A stretch of 62,792 nucleotides of DNA, filler included, from Octopus bimaculoides (taxonomy: Eukaryota): assembly GCF_001194135.2 (NCBI RefSeq). It is 7 parts of 7 records of this genome, joined end to end, with 100 filler letters (N's around TTAATTAATTAA, not from the genome) between each part and the next. Parts side by side here need not be neighbours in the genome. Positions count along the whole stretch, not along the records: positions 1 to 24,958 come from NC_068987.1; positions 25,059 to 37,241 come from NC_068981.1; positions 37,342 to 44,627 come from NC_068999.1; 4 more parts are not named here. One strand, given 5' to 3'. Every line of letters begins with the position of its first letter. Positions within the stretch are counted from its first letter, which is position 1. The position numbers and the translations under genes are program-made. Under the pieces are notes generated by a model. The model was not told the origin of the DNA, did no database searches, and saw only the letters and a list, made by a program, of their open reading frames with translations. Positions 24,915 to 38,701 of this stretch are shown one piece after another.

Positions 24915-26182
24915 GATTAAGATTTAGTTGAATTAGGTACTTAAGTCGGTCCGGTATANNNNNNNNNNNNNNNNNNNNNNNNNNNNNNNNNNNNNNNNNN
25001 NNTTAATTAATTAANNNNNNNNNNNNNNNNNNNNNNNNNNNNNNNNNNNNNNNNNNNNATATATATATATATATAGAATGTATGTTGGTGCAAACAGGAA
25101 AACAGAACTCAAAATATGAGTATGTACGTTTTTATTAATATCTAGCAGAAGCTACCATCAGAAAGCATCTTTTTCTCCGACGAAACGTTACACTTTTCCT
25201 CTTCTTCACTTCAGACCTATTTTCCCCCATCTTGAATTGTTCGTACTCAGCACCACACAGAATAGCACAATTTTCCTCTATAATTAATCTATACCTTATC
25301 ATTCATACCGGCTGACATAAAATACTCGTTCTGAAAGAGATATGTTTTAAAATCGAAAATATATTGAGTTTCAAGGAGGCAACAGGAAGCAAACGGAATT
25401 TTACTAAACCCCACTTCAATAGAGAAAAACCAAAGTGTCTTTTAAGAATCTTCATATATTATAGTATAACACATTCAGACATTATCTTCATTCATTTATT
25501 GGACTTGCAAAATAGAGTGTTTCAAAGGAATTGGACTCTTTTAGCTTAAATTATAGGAACTCATGCATGTATTTTGATATCATAAGACGAAGATGAATAA
25601 AATTTAATCAAAAATTCATAACTGCCTGCGCAAACATAAATGAAATTTCCATTTAATCATATTTTAGAAATAGAAAATATGCTAAATATATAATTGATGA
25701 GAGTAAAACATTAAAAAATAAAATTAATTATTCTTATTTTGGTGGTGGCTGGTGTTTTGATGAGAGATAACTGTATTTAAACTAACCTACAGATAATATT
25801 ATTATTGAATGTCATCAATGTCATTAGTTCCAGTGCTAATATAATTATAGCACTGAATGTAAACATTGGCAATCATAAAAAAAGTAAGGCTAAACAACAA
25901 TTGCAAAATATTGTATGAAAGTAAATCACCACGGAATACAGGCTATTCTTAATAAACATATTTTTCAAATGGTAAACTCAACAGTGAATATAAATTATCA
26001 GAAAATTAGTAAGACACGTGACTATAACAAGATGGATAGACGAGATAGTTGATTCTTTGCCTACTAAATTTGATTTCATTTCTTCACAAGTGACAGTGCT
26101 GAAAGCATAGTCGAATATTTTGTTGTACCGAAATTTGTGCTCAAGTTCAAGTATCACTTGAGTTTCCTTATGTTTTCAAAGA

Positions 26183-27403
26183 CAAGGGTGTGCTGAAAAG
26201 CTAATAAGATGACTGTGAAGGAGTGATGCTAGAGCTGTACAATCTTGCATACATAAACTTCAACACTTCTTATAAATAACTATATTGTTTCTTTCCAGGT
26301 AAACTCACATCTAATCGTTCAAAGAATACTTCAAAACTAACTAGTAACGACTCTTGAAAATGGAATAATTTACCATCGTAGTGCTATCAAGTATCTGCAG
26401 AAACAGGGTTTAGCCTACAAGGATATTCATGCTGGCATGGTTGCCACATTAGGGGATGCCGTTCCACCTTTATCAACAGTGCATAAGTGGGTAGCTGAAT
26501 TTAAGAGGGGAAGGGAGAGTCTTGAAGATGATCCATAGTCTGGATGTTCTGCAACTGACACCACCGAGGAAAACATTGATCGTATTCACAATTAGTATAT
26601 TCCGTCAAAGAGTTGAGAATATTCTGCACAATGAACTTGGCATGACGAAGATTTCTGCTCAGCGGGTTCCACGTCTTCTGACACCTGATCAAAAGTACAC
26701 CATGCTAGTCACATCAGGGGAAAATCTGACATTGTTTCAGGTAGATCCACTTGGTTTCCTTAAATGTTTCCTAATCCAGGACGAGTGTTGGCTTCATCTC
26801 TTTGAGCCAGAGACAAAGAGAAAATCAATGCAGCAGAAACTCCCCTCCTCACCTCTCCAAAGAAAGCCAATGTTTAATCTACAAGAAAGGTGATAGCTTC
26901 AGTTTTTGGGATGCAAAAGGCATTGTGTTTACTGGACTATCTTCAAAAGGGTCACACCATGTGTCAAGTTGTTGAGGCAGTTACGAAAGGCAACCAAGAC
27001 CAAATGCACAGGGAAAACTCATGAATGTGGTCTTGTTTCACCAAGACGATGCTCCAGCACACAAGTCCTTGGTTATAATGATTGCTGTGCATGACTATGA
27101 CTTTGAACTGGTTGACCACACTTCCTATTCTCCTGATTTGGCCCCATCTGACTATCATCTGTTCCCCAACATGATAAAATACTTGACTGGAAACCAGTAT
27201 CGCAGTGATGATGACATCATATCTGCTGTTGACGACTTGTTTGACTAAGCGGATGAAAGCTTGTTCACCAATGGGATCTAAGCACTGCAACACCAATAAA
27301 AGTGTGTGTACCGCAAGGAGGATTGTGTTGAAAAATAAACCTCATTTGGTTACATTCCATGTGAGTATCTTGGTCAGCCTATGAACTTTTCAGACGACTC
27401 TCG
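26183..27403 (+). mobile_element. Near full-length mariner (DD34D) element with a pseudogenised transposase
   Basis: ~31-bp imperfect TIRs (26183-26213 / 27373-27403, TA at 27404). Motifs KWVAEFKRGRESLEDDP, RVPRLLTPDQK, IQDECWLHLFEPETK, FHQDDAPAH and YSPDLAPSDYHLFP, with stops and frameshifts. Confidence 0.95.
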
Positions 27404-27715
27404 TATGACGTCGTTAAAAGTAAATGCTATCTGTATAGTAGAGTTGAATTACCGTTAGTGGATAGGATATACTGTGAGTTTACTAGTTGAAAAGTTCAGA
27501 GTTCTTATTAAGTCACAAAGTCACTGATTCCAACCCTAGGGACTTGGCGTGGCTTATTGTTTATTTTAAATACTTGACATGATAACTTTCAAATCATTCT
27601 TTGATATTTAACAAAATTGTGCTATAATTAACCTTCTACTATCACGCATTTGTAACAAATTATGTTTCTGGTTTTCGCACTATTCTCCTCTAAATTCAGT
27701 TATAGGTCTTATTCT

Positions 27716-27912
27716 TTTATTCTTTTACCGGTTTCAGTCATTTGACTGCGGCCATGATGGATCACCGCCTTTAGTCGAACAAATCGATTCCAGGACTTAT
27801 GTATTGTAAGCCTTAGTCGATCGGTCTCTTTTGCCGAACCGCTAATTTACATACCAGCATCGGTTGTCAAGCTATGTGGGGTGGGGGACAAACACAGACA
27901 CAAATGTATACA

Positions 27913-27947
<35 letters not shown>

Positions 27948-28088
27948 GACGGGCTTCTTTCAGTTTCCGTCTACCAAATCCACTCACAAGGCTTTGATCA
28001 GCCCGAGGCTATAATAGAAGACACTTGCCACGCAGTGAGACTGAAACTGGAACCATGTAATTGGGAAGCAAGTTTCTTACCACACAGG
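27716..28088 (-). mobile_element. SINE family A copy with an internal (TA)n, CpG-retaining
   Basis: Aligns to 10912-11195 and 1290-1490. Confidence 0.85.
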
Positions 28089-30761
28089 TGATTCTTATAT
28101 ATTATTTTCGTATGTACCAGCGATAGCGTTGCACAAAATCGAGTTGCAGCCGTGCTATCTGCATAATTTACTGAAACATTTGAAGGTATCTACCTAGAAT
28201 GGTCGATGTCCAATGGCTACTAAAGTCAGTAGAGTAATCAAAGAACAATTCTTAGGGTTGATGAGATGCAAGGCATCGTTGGCCTTAGACAATTTGTCTT
28301 CATCTCACTGCAGTTTTTAAAATCATTGAGCTTTAGCTCAAACATTTTTCATGCTGGACAAGTTGAATTCTATTCATCTGCTGTGGCCGATTCACCTTGT
28401 ATACCTATCTTACAAATTTGTTGCTTCGAGCTGCTGTAAGATATATTCTTTGTGTTTAGTATGGTAGGTACAGCGCTAATTTAAGAAATACATTTAGTAA
28501 ATCTGAATATTGCAACCTAAAATAAATGCTAGTAATGTATAGCAATATAAATATAGTTTTAGTTTAGGACCGGGCAGATTGTTTTGTTCTTGATCAAAGC
28601 ACTTCATTTTACGTTATCTCAGTTCGCAGTTCGCTCGGCTAAAAATAGACTCCAGCAAAAAAAGGGGCTTCTTAATTTACATGAAACTGATTTATTGGTT
28701 CGTTGATTTTCCAGCAAATTAAATTTTATTGCTATTTTGCTTTAAAAAGCGAATAAGCGCAATGAGAAACCTTCTATATTTTGGCTTCATGCAGTTCGTT
28801 CTATTCATCATTCAAGGTGTTATACACTAAGTATCTTTGTCAGTTCATATGACTAATTATATATAGTGATGTTAAGATCGCGAAATTCTTTGTGTTACAT
28901 GTTCGATTGCAAATGAGTCAGTTCATTTGACTACCTCCACATAGCATTCTCTCGGATCGAAACCGTTGATAACTTCAGTCACAATTTCTTCTCATATGAG
29001 TGTTATTGCTGAAATTAATCTATATACAAATATTATGAGACTGGATTGCAAGCAATTCTTTTTACTATTTAGAATTGCATTGTAAATTTTGGCTGGTCAT
29101 AATTTAAACTGTATAACTTCTTGTGATTTGACAATTCTTAAATGTGAATGTTAACCGCGACGGCTTCGCCAGTGTCAGATGGCCTGTAAAAACCACAAGC
29201 AAACCCCTTCTTCCAGACTAGTAAAAAGTAAGATGCATCAAGTAATGGGAGGTAATTTTAGTACTATAATTACTAGGAATACACAAAACAAAATGAGACA
29301 CTTGTATCCTAAAATGAGTAGGATTTAATGCATTTTATTTCGAATGCTAGATGCAGAAAAATAACTGCAACATACAACTCAATAGAGAATCAATATATTG
29401 ATACAATCTTATTTGTTAAACATGTGAGTATATCGATTTTACTCATGTTGTAGTGAATATAAAATTTGAAAACAGAAAAGCTTCCGTTCAATCCGCCCAG
29501 AGGAATAAGATTCTTTGAAAGTGTAATAACTGAGTTATAAGAATCAGTTACAGGTAGATGGCGTAAACGCAGCTAAAAGTGGGGGAAAATCTGCTATTAC
29601 TTTAAACATCAACTGCATTACAGTATATTTTATTTGATATTAGGAAAGTGGTAGCTGTTACAATATGTTCAGAAGGCAGCAACCCTGTCATACTTTATAA
29701 AACAAACGTACAAAAAATATAACACTAATTTAACATATCGTTCAAATTTTAGATAAATTCAAAATAAATTCTGTAGTTGTAAAACATCAAATTAAAATTC
29801 AGACGTTTAGCGTGTAATAGGTATATAGACGTACATACAGTGATACAAAATTATTTGTCTAGCAAAATTTGAAAGAAATACAGCTGATAATTATTTCTGC
29901 TTACATTTTTGTCTCAAAACAACTATTATTAGACTGAATCTCGTCTGCTGACGATATAAATATATGTACTTTTATGTACGGAAAACCGGAATACCTGTAT
30001 CTAGATTGCAAATTATAGATATAATTACTTCTTAGTGCATATCGTTATGTTAGAAAATGCTTAAAAGGCAATATTGTCGTGCTGTTTCACCACATAAAAA
30101 AAAAAACCAATGAAGAGGCACAAAACAACAGCCAGTCAGTAAAACGCAAACAATTAAACATACACAACGATGAGATCACATACGCTCGAGCATATATAAA
30201 TGCATACGTACTACGTATGTACGTATATACATATACAACCAAACCGAGATTTAACAGTTCTTGTCTAAAGAACACAGACGCTAAACTCGAGTAACAAATT
30301 TAATACATTCAATTTCAGTAAACTAGAAGATATATATGTGTGTGTATATATGTTTGCATGAGTATGTTTGTGCACGTGCTTTTGTGAGTGTGTATATTTC
30401 CATCTATATAAATATATATATAAATATATATAAATACATAAATATATATACATATATATNNNNNNNNNNNNNNNNNNNNNNNNNNNNNNNNNNNNNNNNN
30501 NNNNNNNNNNNNNNNNNNNNNNNNNNNNNNNNNNNNNNNNNNNNNNNNNNNNNNNNNNNNNNNNNNNNNNNNNNNNNNNNNNNNNNNNNNNNNNNNNNNN
30601 NNNNNNNNNNNNNNNNNNNNNNNNNNNNNNNNNNNNNNNNNNNNNNNNNNNNNNNNNNNNNNNNNNNNNNNNNNNNNNNNNNNNNNNNNNNNNNNNNNNN
30701 NNNNNNNNNNNNNNNNNNNNNNNNNNNNNNNNNNNNNNNNNNNNNNNNNNNNNNNNNNNNN

Positions 30762-30807
<46 letters not shown>

Positions 30808-31517
30808 TGTATGCATGTATGTATGTATGTATAAGCAGTAAATTAAATAGAGATACAATTATGAGTAGAATATAATCTAATATATAGTATTATATATAAT
30901 ACTTAAGGATTGAGTATTGGTCCTTGATAACTAAATTTAATAACTAACTAAATTTAATAACCACAATAATAATTATTATAGTTTATAACTTGTATTCTTA
31001 TTACAACAATATCATTTTATTACTTATGAAAGAATTAATAAAATTTGGATATATTCTATATATATAGTCATTTAATTAAAAAATAATAATATTAATTATA
31101 TTCAATGAGAACCAATACTCAATCCTTGTTTTTGTTTATATTACTTAACTTTTATTTACTGAGTTCTCCCTTCCATGATATACGAATAATAATCCTTATC
31201 TAAGTAAATTCAAATCTCGTTACTTCTGGAAAAAATAATGATATTTTGATAACCATTATTATAGCCTAACTTTATATCTATGGGGTATTTTAGGTTAAAG
31301 TGTTTGTAGCTCTAAATTTATCTTCATATTTATTACGGAATATATTAAGTAAGAAATTTTTTGTTAGGTTTCTATTCATATTTATTACGGAATTTTCCCT
31401 TCGATAAGCAATAAATAAAGAACATTTTTTATTAGTTACTTTAAACAATCTTTTTTATATCAATAGCTTTCAATAAATCGAAGAGTGATATATCAAAAAT
31501 ATAATTATCGTTTATAT

Positions 31518-34103
31518 TATAGTGAAAGTCGATTAAGTGACATCCTATAATTTAATAAGCATGAGAGAAAGAAGGGTCACCATTTTGTACGTAATGACAC
31601 GAAAATAAGAAATTGCGAGACGTTTGTAATAAGTCAGAACATGTTTATTACCGGAGGTAATGCGTTAACATATAGGGTTAATTGAAGGAAAACTTGTAAC
31701 ATCGCATGAACATTTACTTTTGCAACCACATGTCTCCATGTAAATAAGGCGAACGTACGCGCGTGTGGGTGTGTATGCGAGTGACCTGACTCAATGCTTG
31801 TCTAAGAATCGACAGACACGAGTGGCGAGAATTTAGAAATGCGTTCCTTTATATAGGAGATGAACCGGAAGTCCCTGACTTCAACATCAACCGGAAGCTT
31901 CTAGAATGTTCGAGAACTCTCTAGAGGGTCGAGGGAGAATACTCTCGTTAAATCCCTTTTTCGTGTTGCTTTCCTGCTTGTCTGCCAGGATTCATTACAT
32001 AACTCCTTCCTCAGACGAGACGAGATGGCGGAAGTGTCTCACAACAAGATAAACTGCTAAGAGCTCTCTGTCAAAAGTACTGTAACGCTGTTCTGCTGGC
32101 TTGAGTTGACATGAGAAAAAAGCAAGTAGTTGAGATTTCTGGTTGATGATGTGTTCTAGAACGGTGCTGACAGTGATCGTGGGCGCATCTACGGTTAGGG
32201 ATAGTTTCGCGTTTGCAATAGGATGAGCGAGAAAGAAAACTAGCTAATTCAGACTTTACGGAGTCGAAAGCTTGCAAGACGTCAACCGAAAGGAAAATAG
32301 ATACGTCTTTCTTTGTAGATTTCAAAAGTTGTGTCAGGGGGAACAACTTGTCCGCGCAGTTCGGGATGGAAGCTTTGTAAAAATTTATTAACCCCAAAAA
32401 GTGACGTATTTGTCTCAATGAAGTAGGGGGAGAGATTTTCTGAATAGCATCTACTTTAGATGGGAGGGGTCGAATTCCCTCTGCGTCTATAAGATGTCCA
32501 ACGAATTCCAATGAAATTGTACCGAATACACATTTAGCTGGATTGATCGTTACATGATACACTCGCAGACGTTGAAACAACTGAGATAGATGATGATGAT
32601 GTTCAACTATGTTGCTGGCTACTATGAGGTCATCTACATGAGCAAAAACAAAATTCAATCCGCGTACGACTTCGTCGATGAAACGCTGGAATGTACTGGC
32701 AGCATTTCTCAGACCAAAAGGCATAGATAGGAATTCGAATGAACCAAACGGAGTGGTTACGGCAGTTTTAGGTATATCTTCCGGGATTTGGATTTGGTGG
32801 TACGCAGTACCAGATCCACCTTGAAAAATATAATGCAGCCATGTAGAACATAAGAAAAACATTTTAAGTTGGGTAGGATATAACGATCGGGCGTAGTGAT
32901 AGCATTAAGTCTCCTGTAATCACCAACGAGTCTAAAATCCACTTCACTCTTCCGAGCTAAGTGTAGCGGAGATGCCCAAGGGCTAGTAGAAGGAGTATAA
33001 GACCAAGCTGAAACATTTGCTTGAATTCAGCGCGGGCTTTCTTGAGTCTGTCTGGCGCTAGTCTGCGGGGACAAGAGAAAATGGCTGGACTAGTTGTTGT
33101 AATAAAATGTTGAGTCGAGTGGACTGTCTGGGTAGGCTTAAATGAGAGATCCGTTAACTCGGGAAACGAGGCAAGAAGACTATGGAACTGGTTACTGGCA
33201 ACAGCTACTTAAAATGATGGGCTGAGGATAGCAGCGGTAGATTCACATGCAGGCGTAGATAAAGATATGGTAGTGTCCACATGTCTCTGTTTCCTGACAT
33301 CTACCAGGAGTGAATAGTGGTGTAAGAAGTTCGCCCTGAGGATAGGATGGGGCAGGTCAGCGATGACAAAAATCCATTTAAAATCTCGACGCAAGGCGAG
33401 GTCTAGAGTTAACGATATCTGACCGTAGGTTTTGATGGGAGACTGGTTCACCGGGGTCACCATTTTATAGTGAATGTAGATTAAGTGAAATCCTATAATT
33501 TAATAAGCATGAGAGAAAGAAGGGTCACCATCTTATACGTAATGACAAGAAAATAAGAAATTGCGAGGCGTTTGTAATAAGTCATAACATATTTATTACC
33601 GGAGGTAATGCATTAACATATAAGGTTAATTGAAGGGAAACTTGTAACATAACATGAACATATTCACATTATTTAGATTATTTACATTTGACGGATATTT
33701 GTTCTCGTCTTGTTTGTTGTTAACAACAAACAAGATGAGGACAAATATCCGGCAAATGTAAATAATGTAAATATTGTACATAATTCCTCATCTCTTAAAT
33801 ATAGAACTGTATTATGAACATATTTTTTGCAACCATATGTCTCCATGTAAATGAGACGAACGTACGTGCGTGCGAGTGTGTATGCGAGTGACCTGAGTCA
33901 GTGCTTTCTAAGAATCGACAGCACGCGGGGCGCGAATTTAGAAATGTGTTCCTTTATATAAGGGATAAACCGGAAGTCCCTGACTTCCACGTCAACCGGA
34001 AGCGTCTAGAATGTTCGAGAACTTTCTAGAAGGTCGAGGGACATTACTCTCGTTAAATCCCTTTTTCGTGTTGCTTTCCTGTTGGACCGCCGGGTTCACT
34101 ACA
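31518..34103 (-). mobile_element. Gypsy LTR retrotransposon, internally deleted (no gag, no integrase)
   Basis: LTRs at 33466-34103 (5') and 31518-31999 (3') start with TGT on the minus strand, with an ATAT 4-bp TSD. PBS TGGTGACCCC lies next to 33466 and PPT GAGGAAGGAG next to 32000. Protease C-half, RT (TAVTTPFGSFEFLSMPFGLRNAASTFQRFID..HVDD) and RNase H start (TVDA..RYSTFDRELLAVY) are present. Confidence 0.95.
33664..33813. mobile_element. 150-bp palindromic insertion of the 3' part of the 22-kb hammerhead element into the 5' LTR; 10-bp TSD
   Basis: Absent from the other LTR. ATGAACATAT occurs at 33654-33663 and 33814-33823. The fold-back centre is GTTAAC at 33719-33724. Confidence 0.85.
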
Positions 34104-35029
34104 ATATTTTTTACACGCTTTATTACAGTTTCTAGATTAAGTAAGACCCTGATACATAATTATATACATATATATTATTGCTATATGTTATTATAATAGC
34201 GAAAGACTGTCTTCGACATAAATGAGTTCAGTTTAATATTATTTGAGATATATATAGAAATATATTTCGATAGTTGTAGATTCTACTTAATTATTTTGTC
34301 CGTTAGAATTTTGTTGTTTTTAATCGTAATTGATATGTAGCTGAATGGTTAACGCTCACGCTCATAATACATAGGCATTTGAATACTTTTTTTTACAATC
34401 CAGCCGTCCTTTCAGACAGATTTTCGTCTATCTCCAAACCATTGAGACTTATATAAGGTAATTGAATTGTTTATACATCTAAAATGTATATAGATTGAAA
34501 AAGATTGTTGGCTTTTTGTGTTTTTTAATAATTGTTTATGTTATCTTATATTTTATTCATGGTATATTATGTTATATTATAATATAAATAAATTATTGGA
34601 TTGTCAATTGTATCTCTCTATTTAATTTATTGCTTGTAATTTGAATTATATTCATATTTATGTGGTATTCAACTGACGTACCATTGAATTAGATGTTTAA
34701 CACGCCCGTTGGAAGGAATTCTTTTCCATAGTTTGTTACTTTATATATATATATATATCTGTGTGTGTGTGTGTGTGAGTGTGTGCGCGCGCGCGTGTAT
34801 AACTAAGTAAAGTTGTAAGATACCGCATGAGTGGAAATATATATGAAAGAAGGTCTGAAAATGCAATTTTAAAGATGTTTATTCACTTGACCAGTTTAAC
34901 TTTTTTTAGAAAAAGATTGTCAAAAGTACAATGTAAAGCTTTGTATAAGCTTTGTTGTGTTAGGTACTGGTTGTCACAAAAGTATTAAAATACATATATA
35001 CATTCTTTGATGTGGAGGCGCAGTACTAG

Positions 35030-35352
35030 ACGAAAGATGGAAGGGATACTGGGAGCTGGCCACGGATTTGGGAAGTCTAGCAATTTTTCCACTTATAAAA
35101 ACAACAAAAAGACCAGACTTAGTCATATGGGACACAGAACAGAGAATAAGAATCTTGCTAGAACTGACAGTACCATGGGAAGAAAACATCGACAATGCAG
35201 AGAAACGAAAGGAGAAGAGATATGAAAAACTAATCGAAGAGTGCAGAGAACAGGGATGGACTGTCGAGTACTACCATCTGGCAGTGGGGGCTAGAGGCTT
35301 CATTGAAAGAAAAATGACAACGCTATTCAAGAGAAGATTTGCGTTTTCAAAC
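35030..35352 (+). mobile_element. RLE endonuclease C-terminus of a non-LTR retrotransposon (HERO-like)
   Basis: TTKRPDLVIWDTEQRIRILLELTVPWEENIDNAEKRKEKRYEKL..LAVGARGF is a PD..E..K restriction-like nuclease pattern. It runs into a gap. 36088-36390 may belong to the same element. Confidence 0.85.
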
Positions 35353-36399
35353 NNNNNNNNNNNNNNNNNNNNNNNNNNNNNNNNNNNNNNNNNNNNNNNN
35401 NNNNNNNNNNNNNNNNNNNNNNNNNNNNNNNNNNNNNNNNNNNNNNNNNNNNNNNNNNNNNNNNNNNNNNNNNNNNNNNNNNNNNNNNNNNNNNNNNNNN
35501 NNNNNNNNNNNNNNNNNNNNNNNNNNNNNNNNNNNNNNNNNNNNNNNNNNNNNNNNNNNNNNNNNNNNNNNNNNNNNNNNNNNNNNNNNNNNNNNNNNNN
35601 NNNNNNNNNNNNNNNNNNNNNNNNNNNNNNNNNNNNNNNNNNNNNNNNNNNNNNNNNNNNNNNNNNNNNNNNNNNNNNNNNNNNNNNNNNNNNNNNNNNN
35701 NNNNNNNNNNNNNNNNNNNNNNNNNNNNNNNNNNNNNNNNNNNNNNNNNNNNNNNNNNNNNNNNNNNNNNNNNNNNNNNNNNNNNNNNNNNNNNNNNNNN
35801 NNNNNNNNNNNNNNNNNNNNNNNNNNNNNNNNNNNNNNNNNNNNNNNNNNNNNNNNNNNNNNNNNNNNNNNNNNNNNNNNNNNNNNNNNNNNNNNNNNNN
35901 NNNNNNNNNNNNNNNNNNNNNNNNNNNNNNNNNNNNNNNNNNNNNNNNNNNNNNNNNNNNNNNNNNNNNNNNNNNNNNNNNNNNNNNNNNNNNNNNNNNN
36001 NNNNNNNNNNNNNNNNNNNNNNNNNNNNNNNNNNNNNNNNNNNNNNNNNNNNNNNNNNNNNNNNNNNNNNNNNNNNNNNNNNNNNNGGGAAGGTATGTCA
36101 GAAGAAAGTAATTCAACAACGCGGGTTGATGAACCGTAAGACGTGTGACCAGAACCTCCTGGAAAATAACCATAGCGAGGGACATTCCACAGTTGAATTA
36201 GAACAGTCACAAACAGTGAAAGAACACATACACCCAACACCAGAGCTGAAGACACCTCCGAAAGGGGGTGGCCCCGCCACGTCAAAACGGTAGAGGAGTA
36301 GGGGCCGAAACCGGACGTGGTTCCTCCTGATGATGTCTTCAGCTAACTGGATCCTATAAAGGAGCTGTTGTGGTAGCAGACCACGAAACATGGTTGAAA

Positions 36400-36922
36400 T
36401 TCCAGTGGCTCCCATGAGTTTTGATCTTAACTGATTGGAAGTATTATCATGTACATTGTTTTGTCTTGGTATGACAGGCTGACTACAGCAAATATTCTGC
36501 TCAATACCACAGATTTGCTAGTCAGCTGTTTGACCTTAACCAGTTGAGCATATCCCTTAGTGGCTGACGATATGTGCATCTCTGATCACGAGCAGAAGTA
36601 GTGGGGGATCATTCATAGACATGTGTTCAGAGGAATTCTTTTGGGGTTGAATAATTCACCTCTGGAAACTTTGTTCATCATCCTTGAACAAACTTTATTC
36701 GGGAACTTTTGAGTAAGATGGTCTACTCGACTTGGAGAAAATTCTAAAAGGGCTCCACCTGTAAGGTGTTTATCTTGATTTGAGATCACCATGTCGCGTA
36801 CATTTGGTTGTGATGCATGTGCCTGGTGTACCCTTATCCAGACGGGTAGTCATGATGGATATATTGGGCTTCGTATGTTTTACCCCAGTATCATTTTGAT
36901 GGCATGCACTGCTCTCTCACTC
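36400..36922 (+). mobile_element. SINE family C (~520 bp) with an (AAT)n tail
   Basis: A homologous inverted copy is at 24107-24410. Followed by AAT/GAT arrays. Confidence 0.7.
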
Positions 36923-36974
36923 AATAATAATAATAATAATGATGATGAGGATGATGAGGATGATGATGAGGATG

Positions 36975-37009
<35 letters not shown>

Positions 37010-37012
<3 letters not shown>

Positions 37013-37222
37013 CCTTTCTACTATAGGCACAAGGCCTCGAATTTTGTGGAGACGGGGCAATCGAGCACGCCGACTCCTGTACTTGACTGGTACTTAATTT
37101 ATCGACCCCGAAAGGATGAAAGGCAAAGTCGACCTCGGTAGAATTTGAACTCAGAACGTAGCGACAGACGAAATACCGCTAAGCATTTTGCTAGGCGTGC
37201 TAACGATTCTGCCGGCACGCCG
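37010..37222 (-). mobile_element. SINE family B full copy, CpG-retaining
   Basis: tRNA-like head (ggcagaatcgttagc..gagttcaaattc) plus body, on the minus strand. Confidence 0.85.
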
Positions 37223-37341
37223 TATTAATAATAATAATAATNNNNNNNNNNNNNNNNNNNNNNNNNNNNNNNNNNNNNNNNNNNNTTAATTAATTAANNN
37301 NNNNNNNNNNNNNNNNNNNNNNNNNNNNNNNNNNNNNNNNN

Positions 37342-38701
<1,360 letters not shown>

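Noticed and set aside
26290-26360. Strong acceptor tttctttccAG as the WIPI2 last exon
   Set aside because: It lies inside the mariner 5' region and the peptide has no WIPI similarity.
29200-29235. Apparent micro-exon cttcttccAG-actagtaaaaa-GTAAGA
   Set aside because: It gives an immediate stop in phase 1 and has no homology support.
36300-36400. CTGATGA and GAAAC motifs after the HERO-like fragment
   Set aside because: I could not form stems I and II in either the type I or type II permutation.
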